This document shows positions 63,476 to 64,000 of a stretch of 64,000 nt of DNA, piece after piece. Made by a program: the position numbers and the translations under genes. Source of the DNA: Botryllus schlosseri (Eukaryota); assembly GCA_051294905.1 (NCBI GenBank), contig CM119371.1, positions 13,332,001-13,396,000 on the forward strand, in the 5' to 3' direction. The notes under the pieces were generated by a model. It was not told where the DNA came from. It made no database searches and was given only the letters and a program-made list of their open reading frames with translations. Numbering within the stretch: the first letter of the stretch is position 1; each line of letters opens with the position of its first letter.

Positions 63476-64000
63476 CCCTAAATAATCCAAATTGTAAATG
63501 TTGTTTTGGTATTTACGGTATGTCTACGATGTTGGTTCATAACCTTGGTCAATATAATTTATTAGTTTTTTTTTATTTATACTTATCCTGATTCCAGATA
63601 TTCCGATTTGCACCGCCTAGCATTCACTTTTGTTTTTGTGCTAGGTTTTAAAAAGACACCAGCGACACGGCTCAGTACACTTGGGTATTTAAAACGTACG
63701 TATTTTTATTTCAAATACAGTCAAGTAAAAGGGAGTGCAAATTGGAAAAATATTGATATAGGTCAAACTTTACTTTACCTTTCTTTTACGAGTCATAATT
63801 TTGATAGAGTAGTGTTTAAGAAAAGACACAACTTACTTGCAACACATGGCAAATCGTAAATATGTAGGCCAAAACTGCAGAGCGTTGGTTCACAAAAAAT
63901 ATCCCGACAATCCAAGTTACACCCAGAAGACTGAGCAAAGCGGCCGAGGTTTTTATCCACTTTCTAAAAACATTGTTCGCATTTACAGATCAGTAGGCCT

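Overview
AT-rich, intron-containing animal genomic DNA. A marine invertebrate such as an ascidian is plausible from the short introns and MITE/SINE landscape, but this cannot be proven from the sequence. The first ~42 kb holds two head-to-head paralogous genes. Gene A is on the minus strand (ATG 12274) and runs off the left edge after 14 modules. Gene B is on the plus strand (ATG 24182) and has 18 intact modules, ~1170 aa. Each gene encodes a signal peptide followed by a chain of CCP/Sushi (SCR) modules, one module per phase-1/phase-1 exon, with no transmembrane exon found. The internal modules are unusually Tyr/Met/Lys/His-rich and carry an extended Tyr loop between Cys2 and Cys3. This suggests a secreted structural, adhesive or metal-binding (possible DOPA-precursor) protein rather than an ordinary factor-H-like complement regulator; that function is inference. 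The pair arose by an inverted duplication that included ~2.1 kb of upstream DNA with a conserved E-box and TATA. Comparing the paralogs shows a module broken in gene B next to a MITE insertion, a relic second signal-peptide exon inactivated differently in each copy, and a third copy of the upstream block. The spacer also holds a decayed 28S rRNA fragment. The last ~22 kb is a nest of hAT-type MITEs with 8-bp TSDs, tRNA-derived SINEs, a truncated RNase H-bearing LINE and minisatellites.
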